Below, one piece after another: positions 20,943-32,600 of a stretch of DNA of 64,000 bases (the stretch's first letter is position 1; each line of letters starts with the position of its first letter). The position numbers and the translations under genes are program-made. The DNA is from Nitrosopumilaceae archaeon (GTDB lineage: Archaea > Thermoproteota > Nitrososphaeria > Nitrososphaerales > Nitrosopumilaceae), in the NCBI GenBank assembly GCA_965214835.1, contig CBDCCK010000002.1, forward strand, positions 864,001-928,000, given 5' to 3'. The notes beneath the pieces were generated by a model. The model was not told the origin of the DNA. It worked only from the letters and a program-made list of their open reading frames with translations, and did no database searches.

Positions 20943-21053
20943 CAGCTAAGTGAAATGTAAATGAGATTTGTTGTTTTGCCTTGCCGTTGAGGCGTCGTGC
21001 CGCATGCCCGGTTTCTGTTTTTGCTCGATTTCATGGTACTTTTCACTTAGCTG
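20943..21053. mobile_element. 111-bp MITE (family B)
   Basis: TIR CAGCTAAGTGAAA / TTTCACTTAGCTG; TAGGTC at 20937-20942 and 21054-21059; inverted homologue at 46801-46911. Confidence 0.85.
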
Positions 21054-21063
21054 TAGGTCAGCG

Positions 21064-21444
21064 GTACGAGGTCACGTTCCTAAACCAGTTTCATGACCTC
21101 ATCTGCTACGGATCTGCCCCTTGCCCTCCATGTCAGTATGCACGTCATAAACTGCGACCACCTCCTCATCCAGAGTTCCCCTCCCTTGATCTGCCCGCTT
21201 ATCTTGCGGAAGACGACGGCGTAACGGAGGGCACGCTCTGCGGCGTTGTTTGTGGGATGCACGTTGTCGTGCTCCAGGAACGTAAACAGGTGCGGCAGCG
21301 AGCTTGTCAGTCTGCGCAGTACCGGGCCCAGGACGGGGTCGTCCGTGCCTTCCCGGTACCCGGACAGTATGTTGCGCAGCTAGGACTCGAACCTTCTGCG
21401 CAGATCCTTGCCCCTGTCCTTCCTCCTCCTAGGTGACCTCGTAC
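21064..21444 (-). mobile_element. Internally deleted IS66-family element
   Basis: Ends GTACGAGGTCAC / GTGACCTCGTAC; encodes only the C-terminus (HPTNNAAERALR...RKISGQIKG), homologous to 50641-50871. Confidence 0.8.
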
Positions 21445-21684
21445 GCTTGGGCGTCTCAAAGGATTCCATGCACTTGGGGCAGGCGTACGTCAGGATCCGG
21501 AACTCGTTTGGTTCCCGGGCGCGCTCAGCTGCGGATAATACACCAGCTGGGCACCGCAGTCGATATAGAAGCGCTTGACGGTGGCCATTATCTGAGAAGC
21601 GATTCTTAATTAGCAGATTTTGACCCACTTGGGCACTAATCTATGCCTGACGGATCAAAATACCTGTAAAACCATGTACAAATC

Positions 21685-22200
21685 ATGTGTTTGATCGATA
21701 GACTGACAAAAAACCCACGGACGTTCCGGATGTTTGCAGGAATGACCGAGGCAGAGTTTGACCAGCTGTGTACCGAGGTGCAAAAGAAATTTCCAGATAC
21801 CGAGAAGAAGAGGCTCTCAAGGCCCGACCGTGTGCGGGATATAGGCGCAGGCAGGCCCTTTGCCCTGGATCTGAGGAACCGCGTACTGCTGGTCTTGTTC
21901 TACTACAGGACGTACGTCTCCCAGGACGTGGCTGGCGCCATGTTCGGTATAGGACAGGCGTCGGTCTCGCGCTCCATAAGCCTGACTGAGCCCCTGCTAA
22001 AACAATGCCTGCCGATCCCCGAGAAGATCTACAAGGACTCCAAGAGGATCTCCTCAGTCGAGGAGCTGGCCGAGATCTTCCCGGGGATGGTGTGCCTGAC
22101 TGACGCCTCCGAGCAGCCCACAAACAGGCCCAAGAGAAAGGACATGGAAAAGTCGCATTATTCGGGCAAGGCAGGCACGCACACGGCCAAGGTCGTAACA
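21685..22200 (+). pseudogene. Truncated IS5-family (HTH_Tnp_4/DDE_Tnp_4 type) transposase
   Basis: GAGRPFAL, YYRTYVSQ..MFGIGQASVSR, DASEQP..RP, YSGK; similarity lost after HTAKV. Confidence 0.75.
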
Positions 22201-22608
22201 GCTCGGGCTCTGGAAGTTCAGGCACGAATTTTGCCATCAAAGAAGGCCGATCAAACAGAATTTGTGCCTGAAATTGTAAATCACTTCCGAAGCCCGAGCT
22301 GTTACCCAAGGTCCAGTATACGGTCAACATACACGGGGTAATTATTTTAATTTTTGCCCCATTACATCCGGCCACAAGCTGGATGCTAGGCGAACTCGGA
22401 TCCGGGAGGCGGCGGGCCGGGATCTCCGCTGATCTGTCTGCAGTGCCTTCAGGCTTTGATCCAGTCAACACACATTTCACTTGACTGCCGTAGGACAAAC
22501 GGTTACGCAGCCGGGCAGTTGAAGAAAAGGAAAAGCGTATGGGGTTGCCTACCCAAGATCCCGGGTAATGGAAAACGCCATCCAGGATTACGACATGGGA
22601 AGCTTCCC

Positions 22609-23349
22609 TCAGCGCTCCTGCGCCACAGGCCTGATCAGGATCTCGTTTACGTTCACGTGCGGGGGCGAGTCGACCGCGTACAGAATCGCCTCGGCAATGT
22701 CCTGCGCCCGCAGCGCGTCCATTTTCTTGGAGCTCTCGACAAACCCCCGGAGCGACTCGTCGGTGATCGTATCGGTGAGCTCCGTCGCCACGACCCCCGG
22801 CTCGATGCACGTCACCCGGATGTTCGAGCGCGCGCTGAACTCCTGCCTGAGGCCCTCGCTGAGCGCGGCAACGGCGTGCTTTGTCGCACAGTAGACGCTG
22901 CCGGCGGGAAACACAATCCTTCCCGCAACCGACGAGACGTTTACAATGTGGCCGGATTTTTTCTCCCTCATGTGGGTGATCACGGCGCCCGTGGCGTACA
23001 GGACGCCCCTGATGTTGACATCTATCATCCTGTCCCACTCGTCTACCTTGAGGTTCTTGAAAAAGCTCAGGGGCATGAGGCCCGCGTTGTTCACCAGGAT
23101 GTCAATCGCGCCCCACTTGTCTAGGACCGCCCCCGCAAAGGCATCGCACTCGGAGCGCCGGGTGACGTCCAGCTTTTGGTAAAAGGCCTCCCCGCCGCTG
23201 CCGGCGATCCGCCCCGCGAGATCCTCGAGCCTGTCTGTCCGTCTTGCCCCGATGGCGACCCTTGCGCCGGCCCTTGCAAGCGTCTCCGCCGTGGCATGCC
23301 CGATTCCGCTGCTTGCACCCGTAATCACGGCAACCTTTCCGTCCAGCAT
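22609..23349 (-). CDS. SDR family oxidoreductase
   Basis: TGASSGIG, NNAG, YCATK, IEPG. Confidence 0.95.
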   Translation of the reverse strand: MLDGKVAVITGASSGIGHATAETLARAGARVAIGARRTDRLEDLAGRIAGSGGEAFYQKLDVTRRSECDAFAGAVLDKWGAIDILVNNAGLMPLSFFKNLKVDEWDRMIDVNIRGVLYATGAVITHMREKKSGHIVNVSSVAGRIVFPAGSVYCATKHAVAALSEGLRQEFSARSNIRVTCIEPGVVATELTDTITDESLRGFVESSKKMDALRAQDIAEAILYAVDSPPHVNVNEILIRPVAQER

Positions 23350-23433
23350 AAAACTCACTGGTACTCGGCGCAGACCGTAAATATATTTTCTCAGCCGCAC
23401 CGGAAGGCCCCCTAGCTGATTTATTAAAAGCAG

Positions 23434-23676
23434 ATGCGTACCGTGTCTGTGAAACAGGAAAAGTGCGCCTATTGCGGAGACCTGACGGACATGCCCTTTC
23501 AGTGCAACTATTGCAAGGATCACTTCTGCCCCGAGCACAGGCTGCCCGAGGAGCACCGATGCGTGAGACTGACGCAGATCAGGGCAAGAAAGTTCGGGGA
23601 GAGGGGGGTGATTCGCGACGGCGGACGGAACAAGCCGGGCCTGTTCAGCCGCCTTTTTGGAAGGAAGAGGGGCTAG
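23434..23676 (+). CDS. AN1-type zinc finger protein
   Basis: CAYC...FQCNYCKDHFCPEHRLPEEHRC. Confidence 0.88.
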   Translation: MRTVSVKQEKCAYCGDLTDMPFQCNYCKDHFCPEHRLPEEHRCVRLTQIRARKFGERGVIRDGGRNKPGLFSRLFGRKRG

Positions 23677-23954
23677 TAGGGGGACTTGTCAGGCGAGATC
23701 TTGGCCCGCCTTCCCTGGTATGCCAGGGCCACTGCCAGCGCCAGCAGCACCACCGCCGTCAGCGGCAGGCTCTCGTCGCCGGGAAACGTAAGGTATGCGG
23801 CTGCAAACCCGGCAGATACCACCGCCTGTGCCCACAGCTTTGCCCACTTTGGCGCCCCCACGGCCCTGCTGGCCATCTCCACTGCAAAGATGCCGGCCAC
23901 CGGATAGATCGTAAGCAGGAGAAAGTCAAAGACCTCGACGCCGGTATGCGACAT
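23673..23954 (-). CDS. Small membrane protein (about 3 TM)
   Basis: Hydrophobic ORF downstream of GINS. Confidence 0.7.
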   Translation of the reverse strand: MSHTGVEVFDFLLLTIYPVAGIFAVEMASRAVGAPKWAKLWAQAVVSAGFAAAYLTFPGDESLPLTAVVLLALAVALAYQGRRAKISPDKSPY

Positions 23955-23980
23955 GCCGTCCTTCCGGCACCGAGTAATTT

Positions 23981-24532
23981 CTAGTCTTCCAGGCGCACCC
24001 TGACGACTGCCTGCTTGGAGATCAGTGCCTGGGCGTTGTCGTAGGGGATTGTGGCCAGATCCTCGGTCTTGTAGGGCCCGTACTTGGCAAAGTCAGCGCC
24101 CACAAACTCCTCGATATCCTGCAGGAACCTGACGGTTATGGGCCTGGTCTTGTGGTTTTCAGAGATCGAGTCCAGCAGCTTGGACTTGCCGTTGAGCATG
24201 GCCGACAGTATGACCTCGGTTCTTTCCTGCCGCTCCTCCTCAGAGTCCAGTATGTATTTTTCCTCGTCAAGCAGGTTGACAGGGTCGAGGTTGTTGATGT
24301 TCTTTTCCAGCCGTATGTTGACAAGCAGCGTGGTCAGCTCCGTGGCCATGCCGACCAGGGCCTCCTTGATTTTGCTTTCAACGTTGTCAAACTCCTGCCG
24401 CTTGAGTTTTCCTATGAACTCAGCTATGCTGTCATACAGGCCGGGATCAAGCTCCTGGACCGCCTCGCTTTGCACCTCGCGGACAACTATGGAGTAAAGC
24501 GAGTTGATTGTGATCTCCTTTGATTCAGACAT
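23981..24532 (-). CDS. DNA replication complex GINS subunit (Gins51-like)
   Basis: Helical A domain plus C-terminal B domain VRFLQDIEEFVGAD..YGPY..EDLATIP..NAQALI. Confidence 0.8.
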   Translation of the reverse strand: MSESKEITINSLYSIVVREVQSEAVQELDPGLYDSIAEFIGKLKRQEFDNVESKIKEALVGMATELTTLLVNIRLEKNINNLDPVNLLDEEKYILDSEEERQERTEVILSAMLNGKSKLLDSISENHKTRPITVRFLQDIEEFVGADFAKYGPYKTEDLATIPYDNAQALISKQAVVRVRLED

Positions 24533-24586
24533 ATCCTACCTAATCCTTAAATGACAGGTGTATTTGTGTTAGCTTGACGTATAAAA

Positions 24587-26047
24587 TTGCCGTATAAAGT
24601 CAGTCATGGAAAGCCGATCCAGATCACATACTCCCCCGACGAGGTGTTTTCAAAGATCCAGCACGACGAGATAAAGTTCATCGACCTGCAGTTTACCAGC
24701 CTGACTGGAAGGTACCACCACACCACAATCTCCGCAGACACGTTTTCCCCCGAGCAGATGAGGGACGGGCTTCCAAAGCTTGACGGCTCCTCCATCGTGG
24801 GCTTTACGAGCATTGATGACTCGGATCTGATTCTAAAGCCGGATCCAAACACGTATGCAAAGATTCCCTGGTATACGGAGAACAACACCGGCAGGCTAAT
24901 CTGCGATGTCTACTGGGGCGAGGACAGGGGACGGCTCTCAAGGGATCCCAGGGGAATAGCGCAAAAGGCAGAGGGACACCTGAAGGCGCAGGGCTTTGAG
25001 ACCAGCAACTGGGGGCCGGAGGTCGAGTTTTTCGTATTCGACGAGGTTCACTGGGACGTGCTGACCCCGTACAAGGGCCAGTCATACAGCATCGAGTCCA
25101 AGGAGGCCCCGTGGAGCCAGGAGGGAAAGGGCTATCCGATGGGGCTGCAGGAGGGATACTATCCAAGCACGCCTTCAGACACCCTCTCGCCGTTTAGAAA
25201 CGAGTGCGTCAACATCCTAAACGAGGAGTTTGGGATTCTGTGCGACAACCACCACCACGAGGTCGCCACGGCAGGACAGTGTGAGATCGACATCAGGTAT
25301 GATCACCTGACCAATGCTGCAGATGCGGCACAGTCCTACAAGTTCGTCGTAAGGAACATTGCCCAAAAGTACGGAAAGATTGCAACCATGATGCCAAAGC
25401 CGATCTCGATGGATTCGGGCTCCGGCATGCACACAAACGTGAGCCTGTGGAAGGGAAAGCACAACGTGTTCTATGATCCGGATGCCGAGGACGAGCTGAG
25501 CCAGCTGGGAAGATACTTTTGCGGCGGAATCATCCACCACGCAAAGGCGCTGTCTGCGATTTCCAATCCGACGACCAATTCGTATCACCGGCTGGTTCCG
25601 GGCTATGAGGCCCCCGTATACATCGCATGGAGCGCAAGCAACAGATCCGCGATTGTCAGGGTTCCAAAGCACTTCAAGGGAGCAGGCTATGCGCATTTGA
25701 AGAGGCTGGAGTTCCGGGCGCCGGATCCCTCGGCCAACCCATACCTAGTATTTGCATCGGTCCTGTCGGCCGGCCTGGACGGGGTCAGAAAGAAGATGGA
25801 TCCGGGCGACCAGGTCCGCGAGGACATATTCAAGATGACAAAGGCCGAGAGGGTAAGGCGCGGAATCGGCGTCCTGCCTGCAAGCCTGGGCGAGGCGTTA
25901 GACGAGCTGGAGAGCGACAGGGAGTTCCTGCTTCCAATCTTCACAGACGACGTAATTGACACCCTCATAGCAATCGAGAGAAAGGAGCAGCGCGAGATCT
26001 CAATCAGGCCCCATCCGCACGAGTTTTACCTGTACTTTGACGTATGA
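24587..26047 (+). CDS. glnA: Glutamine synthetase type I
   Basis: LDGSSI, GPEVEFF, HHEVATAGQCEI, GSGMH, RLVPGYEAP, LEFRAPDP. Confidence 0.95.
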   Translation: MPYKVSHGKPIQITYSPDEVFSKIQHDEIKFIDLQFTSLTGRYHHTTISADTFSPEQMRDGLPKLDGSSIVGFTSIDDSDLILKPDPNTYAKIPWYTENNTGRLICDVYWGEDRGRLSRDPRGIAQKAEGHLKAQGFETSNWGPEVEFFVFDEVHWDVLTPYKGQSYSIESKEAPWSQEGKGYPMGLQEGYYPSTPSDTLSPFRNECVNILNEEFGILCDNHHHEVATAGQCEIDIRYDHLTNAADAAQSYKFVVRNIAQKYGKIATMMPKPISMDSGSGMHTNVSLWKGKHNVFYDPDAEDELSQLGRYFCGGIIHHAKALSAISNPTTNSYHRLVPGYEAPVYIAWSASNRSAIVRVPKHFKGAGYAHLKRLEFRAPDPSANPYLVFASVLSAGLDGVRKKMDPGDQVREDIFKMTKAERVRRGIGVLPASLGEALDELESDREFLLPIFTDDVIDTLIAIERKEQREISIRPHPHEFYLYFDV

Positions 26048-26362
26048 TCAGACCCTTCCCGTCAGCTGAAATATGTAGAAAAGCGATATGGCAACCAGGC
26101 CGAATCCGGCTCCCAGGTAGATCATCCTTCTGGATTCGGAAACGGTGGCCTTGTAAAGCAGGATCCCGCCTGCAAGGCCTACAAAGAGGACCAGCGTTCC
26201 GGTCACGACGCCGTCAAAGCTGGTTTTCGTAATAAGGGGGTAAAAGAATCCCGACAGCAGGACAAAGAACGCCGCTATGTAGACATACTTGAGGCCCGAC
26301 TTGATTCTCGAGCCGGAGGTCTTTGGGGGCGGAACGTTCCTGGCCTTTTTCCGCTTTTTCAT
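26048..26362 (-). CDS. Small membrane protein (about 3 TM)
   Basis: Basic N-terminus and hydrophobic segments. Confidence 0.7.
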   Translation of the reverse strand: MKKRKKARNVPPPKTSGSRIKSGLKYVYIAAFFVLLSGFFYPLITKTSFDGVVTGTLVLFVGLAGGILLYKATVSESRRMIYLGAGFGLVAISLFYIFQLTGRV

Positions 26363-26501
26363 CGGGATTCCTCAATCAGGCAATCAAATAAACTTTTGAC
26401 GGCGGAGGGTGACGTGGCTCCGTACGTGCTACCGGCAGGCAAGGTCACAGATACATGCAGGATAGTGCTTGGCTGGCTGGGGACGGGCGGGTTCCGTACC
26501 A

Positions 26502-28199
26502 CTACATCATGCCGCCCATATCAGGCATTCCGCCCATGCCGGGCATTCCACCGCCCATTCCCGGCGGCATTCCGCCTCCCATGCCGCCTTCGGCTCCCGG
26601 CGGGGGTCCGGCGGATTTTGCGGTCTGAACCACGTCGTCAATTCTTAGAATCATGCATGCGGCCTCTGTTGCAGCAGATACGACCTGGTGCTTTACCGAT
26701 AATGGCTCTACGACATCGCCCGAGTTCATGTTTCCAATCCTGCCGTTCATGACATCAATGCCAGTCCATTTTTCCCCCTTGAGCTGTTTTGCCCTCAGTG
26801 AGGTCAGGGTGTCAATTGGATCCATTCCCGCATTCTCTGCTAGGGCCAGCGGAATCGCCTCAAGGGAGTCGGCAAACTTTTCAACTGCCAGCTGCTCGCG
26901 GCCCTCCAGGGATTTTGCCCAGCTGCGCAGCTTGGTCGCAGCATACGTCTCGGGGGCCCCTCCCCCCGCCACGATCGACGGCTCCTCCATCACGTCCTTG
27001 ACTACCATTACGGCGTCATGAACGGATCTGTCAACCTCGTCAACCACCCTCTGTGATCCTCCGCGTAGCAGTATGGTGACGGATTTTGGATGCCTGCATC
27101 CCTCGACGAAGACCCACCTGTCCTCCTCGATTTTACGCTCTTCTACGGTCTCGGCGGCGCCAAGATCCTTGTCGAACAGGTCGTCAAGGTTGGTGACGAT
27201 TCGGGCGCCCGTGGCCTTGGCAAGTTTTGTCAGATCGCTTTCCTTGATCCTTCTGACTGCTATGACGCCTGCCTTGGCAAGATAGTGCTGGGCCATGTCG
27301 TCGATGCCCTTTTGGCACAGTACGACGTTGGCGCCTGAGCCAATCACCTTGTCAACCATGTTTTTGAGCATCCTGTTTTCCTCATCCAGGAAGCTCTTCA
27401 TCTGTTGGGGGTTCTGGATGTTGATTTTTGCATCGGTCTCGGTCTTGCTGATCTCCAGTGCCGTGTTGATCAGTGCGATTTTTGCATCAGAGATCTTTTT
27501 TGGCATTCCGCCGTGTACGATCTCCTTGTCCAGCACTATGCCCTGGATGACGCCAGAGTCTCCAATCGAGCCTCCCGCCTTTTTTTCCACCTTTATATCA
27601 TCAATATCCACGTCATACCTGTCGCCGTTTCTCTCCGCCACTGCAAAGACGGACTGTACGGCGAGGTCGGCTAGCAGGTCAGAGTCCTTTCTGACAAGCT
27701 TTGTCTGCATCGAGGTCTTTGCGATTTTTTTGAGGACTGCCTTGTCGCCTGCCGTGATTTTGTCTGCAATGCCTTCAAGGTACTGCCTTGCCTTCTTTCC
27801 TGCCTTTCTATAGCCGTCTACTATAATCGTCGGGTGAACGTCCTGTTCTATTAGCGACTCTGCATTCTCTATCAGCGCCCCGCCCAAGACCACGGCGGAC
27901 GTCGTCCCGTCGCCTACCTCGTTGTCGGTGGTCTTGGAGATCTCGACCATCATTTTGGCTGCAGGATGCTGCACGTCTATTTCCTTGAGAATCGTCGCAC
28001 CGTCGTTTGTAATCGTAACATCGCCGAGGGAGTCCACCAGCATTTTGTCCATCCCCCTTGGACCCAGGCTGGTATGAACGATCTCCGCTATGATCTTGCA
28101 TGCAGAGATGTTGTTCTTTTGAGCATCACGTCCCTTGCTTTCGGAGGCACCGTCCTTTAGTAACACAACTGGCATGCTGCCCTTATTGGTCGCACTCAT
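26502..28199 (-). CDS. Thermosome (group II chaperonin) subunit
   Basis: [26 protein letters not shown]-rich tail. Confidence 0.97.
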   Translation of the reverse strand: MSATNKGSMPVVLLKDGASESKGRDAQKNNISACKIIAEIVHTSLGPRGMDKMLVDSLGDVTITNDGATILKEIDVQHPAAKMMVEISKTTDNEVGDGTTSAVVLGGALIENAESLIEQDVHPTIIVDGYRKAGKKARQYLEGIADKITAGDKAVLKKIAKTSMQTKLVRKDSDLLADLAVQSVFAVAERNGDRYDVDIDDIKVEKKAGGSIGDSGVIQGIVLDKEIVHGGMPKKISDAKIALINTALEISKTETDAKINIQNPQQMKSFLDEENRMLKNMVDKVIGSGANVVLCQKGIDDMAQHYLAKAGVIAVRRIKESDLTKLAKATGARIVTNLDDLFDKDLGAAETVEERKIEEDRWVFVEGCRHPKSVTILLRGGSQRVVDEVDRSVHDAVMVVKDVMEEPSIVAGGGAPETYAATKLRSWAKSLEGREQLAVEKFADSLEAIPLALAENAGMDPIDTLTSLRAKQLKGEKWTGIDVMNGRIGNMNSGDVVEPLSVKHQVVSAATEAACMILRIDDVVQTAKSAGPPPGAEGGMGGGMPPGMGGGMPGMGGMPDMGGMM

Positions 28200-28310
28200 C
28201 GGTCTCAAAATCCCAAATTCCCCTTTTTATATCCTTCCTTAATCCCACACTCCGCAGATCGGGCGGGCCTCAGACGGTGTTTTTAAATTGGGAAATCCCC
28301 GCCCTAACGC

Positions 28311-29633
28311 ATGGCCAAGTCAGCAAGTAGAAGGTCCTACGACATGATCTTTGGAAAGCTGAGGGACCACAACAGGTGGTTTGAGAACTCCATCCCATTG
28401 ATTGCAAGCGAGAACGTTCCCAGCCCGGCAGTCAGGGAGGCGATGATCTCCGACTTTGGAAACAGGTACGCAGAGGGCTGGCCGGGGGAGCGGGTTTATG
28501 CGGGATGCACGTACATCGACGACGTGGAGGTCGAATGCATGAGGCTGGCAAGGAGGCTGTACAAGGCAAGGTTTGCAGATGTCAGGCCCATTTCAGGCGT
28601 GGTGGCCAACCTGGCAATCTACTCGGCATTTACCAATCCAGGCGACGTGATGCTTGCGCCGTCAATCCCGGCAGGAGGCCACATCTCCCACGGGAAAAAA
28701 GAGCATGCGGGGACTGCAGGCCTAGTTCATGGCCTGGAAATCGAGTTTTATCCATTTGATGCCGGAGAGATGACCATTGATGTGGACAAGACCAAGCAGA
28801 AGGTAAGGGATCTCAAAAAGGCCGGCCGTCTGCCCAGGATGGCGATGTTTGGCGGCTCGTTGTTCTTGTTTCCCCACCCGGTAAAGGAGCTATCAGACTT
28901 TTTGAAAAGCTACGACATGCACATCAATTATGACGCAGCGCACGTTGCCGGCTTGATTGCGGGCGGCCGGTTCCAAGATCCCCTGAGGGAGGGGGCCGAC
29001 ACCATGACAATGAGCACCCACAAGACGCTCTTCGGCCCGCAGGGGGGCCTAGTTTTGGGCGGAGAGGAGCATGCCGAGGCAGTCAAAAAGGCAACGTTCC
29101 CCGGCCTGACAAGCAATCACCACATCCATCACATGGGCGCAAAGGCAGTAGCATTTGCCGAGGCGCTGGAGTTTGGCAGGGACTATGCAAGACAGGTTGT
29201 TAAAAACGCAAGGGTGCTTGCCGGTGCCCTAAGCGACCGCGGCTTTAAGGTCCTAGGAGAGGGTGTGGGGTACACCAAGTCCCACCAGGTTGCGGTCAAC
29301 GTTTTAGACTATTCAGACGGCGGAAAGGTCGAGGCCGACTTGGAAAAGGCCAACATCATCGTCAACAGGCAGCTGATTCCGGGGGACATCAGGGACGGAA
29401 GGAACTACTTCCACCCCGGAGGGATAAGGCTGGGCGTTTCTGAAATAACCAGGCTGGGTATGAAGGAGGCCGAGATGCAGGACATTGCAGAGTACATCAA
29501 GGGGGTGGTCATCGAAAAGAGGGATGCGGGGAGGGTTCGATCCAAGGTAAGGTCCCTGAGAAAGGACTTTCAAAGGGTTCATTACTGCTTTGACAAAAAG
29601 CTGGGCGCGTATGAATACGTCAGGCTAAGATAG
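28311..29633 (+). CDS. glyA: Serine hydroxymethyltransferase
   Basis: LIASEN, RYAEGWPGER, YDAAH, STHKTLFGPQGG, GIRLG. Confidence 0.97.
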   Translation: MAKSASRRSYDMIFGKLRDHNRWFENSIPLIASENVPSPAVREAMISDFGNRYAEGWPGERVYAGCTYIDDVEVECMRLARRLYKARFADVRPISGVVANLAIYSAFTNPGDVMLAPSIPAGGHISHGKKEHAGTAGLVHGLEIEFYPFDAGEMTIDVDKTKQKVRDLKKAGRLPRMAMFGGSLFLFPHPVKELSDFLKSYDMHINYDAAHVAGLIAGGRFQDPLREGADTMTMSTHKTLFGPQGGLVLGGEEHAEAVKKATFPGLTSNHHIHHMGAKAVAFAEALEFGRDYARQVVKNARVLAGALSDRGFKVLGEGVGYTKSHQVAVNVLDYSDGGKVEADLEKANIIVNRQLIPGDIRDGRNYFHPGGIRLGVSEITRLGMKEAEMQDIAEYIKGVVIEKRDAGRVRSKVRSLRKDFQRVHYCFDKKLGAYEYVRLR

Positions 29634-32600
29634 TCAGGAATAATCGGTAAGCAGCAGCTGATCCCCGGCGTTTTTGCCAAAGACCAGATCTATCTCGTCT
29701 GCCAGCGCCCTGATTCTTCCGGCCTGGTACTGGCCCACATCATATTTTTGAACCAGTCTTTTTGCAAGCTTTAGGTATTTTTCGACCGAGGCCCGGGTGA
29801 TGGTCTGGATTAGCTTGTGTCCGCACACGCAGTTTTGGATCAGCGGCGTCCTTCGATAGCTGCGTCCGCATGCCGTGCATCGGAAGCTCTGCCTGGCATA
29901 CGAACGGAGGTTTCCCATGATGTCAGGCACCAGGTGTGTGGAGATTACGTTGGATACGATCTCTGCAGTGTCGACTGCCTCGATCAGATCGGCGTTTTTG
30001 ATCTGCATGTCAAGCTTGTCAAGCATTGATCCAAGGGTGGAGTATGCACTGCGTGATTTTGACGTTGTCAGGCCGGATGTGGGGTGGGTAAAGTGATAGC
30101 CGTAAAACTGCTCGGCCGTCTCCAGCCTGCTTTTGATAATCTCCACGGAATCAACGTTTGATGCCTTTTCTTGCCTGAGCGTATCCTCAAAGAACCGCCT
30201 TGGGAATGATTTTGCCACCTCCAGGTTGTGTGCCTGGGGCTGGGACTCGTGGGGCAGAACAAGCGGTTGTATGAGCAGTGGGGCATCCATCAGGCCCCCG
30301 ATTTTGTCCGACAGGAACTGCCTTGAGAAGTTCAGGAGGCTGTCCATTAGCAGCATGATAGAGTCGGCATCGCCGTCTGCGTCACGCCTTTTTGCCGAGT
30401 GCCAGTTCGGGGTTCCAAAGCACACGTGGGTCTCGGTATATCCGATTATCCTGCCGACGATTCCCACCGAGGTGTGCGGGGCCAGTCCAATGACCAGGTG
30501 TCCAACCAGCTCGTCGGTGTTTTTTACGTTATAGAACGGACTCTTTTCGTAGAGTTTGATCATCTCCGAGTCGATGTACCTGCACGTGTCAACGAGGTAC
30601 TTTCCACACTCGTGTGGTATTATCACGTCCTGCATGCGAATCTCCAGGATCTGCTCTTTATTGGTCAGGGGCTCCCCGTCAGCATCATGCGTGTATCCCA
30701 ACTCCCTGAGTCTTGAGATGGGGGTTCCAATCCACGAGGGCTTGAAGTGGGTCAGGGGCGAGTTTGTAGCGTCATATCTTACCGTGCCGTCCTTGAATAC
30801 CGTAAGTCCGTGACTTTGCCTCATCAGGCCTTTTTCCAGGGGCTCGGCAATCTTGTCCTGGTTGATCATCTCCCTTACCCCCTTGAAGGGCTCCTGGGCG
30901 CGAATGCCGGTTTTTTCCTGGGCCGCCATCAGCTTGTTCTTGAGAGGAAATGCGCGGTACGAGTATGTCTGTGTTTTTCGCTTGCATTTTTTACAATAGT
31001 CCGAATCCACGGTGTTCTTGCATGCAAAACACCTGTAGGAGATGGCAGTCTTTTCTCCGCAATGCTGGCATCGAATTCCAATCGAGGGCACGCCGCAGCT
31101 CTTACACATCCTGTTGGAAATGCTTGTGTAAAAGTCGGGCCCCTGTGACGCCTTGAGCAGATCCCTGGTAATGCCGCCCTTGTCACCAACAGGGAACAGC
31201 GCGTGAATCGGGGGCTTCATCTGCCGCGGTGCCGCCTTTTCAGGCCTGCCTATTCTAACGCCTATGGCAGTCGAGAACTTGTTTCTAATGGCGATGCCGG
31301 AGGTTTTTGAGATGTTCTCAGCTGCCGACAGACTGGAATCGATGTCAAGCCTGTTTCGAAACAGCAGGTTATAGAAAACCTTGGACTCGGTGCCTTCCAA
31401 GACTATTCTGCCGTCTTGGTTTTTGTGGGGAACCCCCAGGTTTTCGAGGATTTTTTTGGCAGACTGTGGGTATAGGGTTTGGTGGTTTTCTACCTTTCCC
31501 CCAAGAAGGACCTTGAGATCCCCGTTGGTTATCTTGTCCCAATAGTAAAGATATTGGGGATGCAGTGGGATTTTGAATTTTAGTGCAAGATCAACTGCCT
31601 CGTCGGGGCCCGGTGGCCTGTCAAGAAACTGCCTGAGCGACTCGTCGCCGGGTGTGTGCTTTGAGAGTTGGGCTTTGAGATCCTCCGTCCAGTATTCCTC
31701 AACATAGGCAGTCGGTACGAGCTGCGCGTTGTTTTCTAAAAAGTCCCCAAACGAGATCAGGACATCGCCCAGGTGGAGGATTCTCTCAATTTCGGGCTTT
31801 AGCGATATGCCGTGATGGACGTCCCTTACCTTGACAACGTCGCCGTTTTTGAGCCTCACGGTGGGAGTATCAATCGAGTCTACAAATGCCACAGTGGCGC
31901 CCTTTCCGGGCATGTCAATTTTGACCTGTGTGCCCACGGTGATGGTATGATCCAGGATTTCGGCGATTACGGGATGGAATCCGATCGAGGCAAATCCGGT
32001 GTTGCATGCTCGCCCATACCGCAGTCTAAAGCCCCCCAGTCTGTTGGGCGTGGACAGGACGGAGCGGCCGGTGATGACTTCGCGCATTCTTTTGGCAGCG
32101 GCGTCCTCCTCCTTGTCTCCCGCCTGAACGGCCCCCTTTAGATCATTGAGCCATTCCCACCCATCAAGATTGTACAGCTCGATTCTTTTGAGGAGTTTTT
32201 TGGCACGTCCAATCAATCCGTCGTTTAGGACCCTCAGTGCTCCGCCCCGAACCCTGTCGGTCTTCATTCGTGCCATGCCCTTGTGATTTACAACCTCGTA
32301 GGGATCGGTATCAACGCCGTCAAGCTCCACGGGAAGGTGTGAGATCACCGTGGCAATGTCGTCATCCAGTACATGAAACTGGAAGCTTCCGGCCTCCCTT
32401 TCATAGATTCTTAGCTCCTCTACGAACCGACCGGTTTCGTCGTCAAATGAGTTGGCTTGGTACTCGCCCAGGCCTGCTGCCTTTCTAACATGATCCGCAA
32501 TCAGCATGGTTACTGCGGATTCCGTACCTCCCGCAGAGCGCATCGGTCCCGCTATGGAGACGGACAGGTACTCAGTCGAGTCCTTGTTCTTTTTGATCGT

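Noticed and set aside
20749-21059. CRISPR array
   Set aside because: The repeats are inverted pairs with long unequal interiors and target duplications; no cas genes.
21683-23038. 451-aa minus-strand ORF and other long alternative-frame ORFs
   Set aside because: Shadow ORFs overlapping well-supported genes, with Arg/Pro/Ser-rich non-protein-like composition.
26502-26610. GGM-encoding repeats at the thermosome 3' end
   Set aside because: Ordinary chaperonin C-terminal tail.
28311-29633. Genome-wide CUG reassignment suggested by the atypical CAG tRNA
   Set aside because: CTG encodes conserved Leu positions, for example the GIRLG motif of GlyA, so complete reassignment is not supported.
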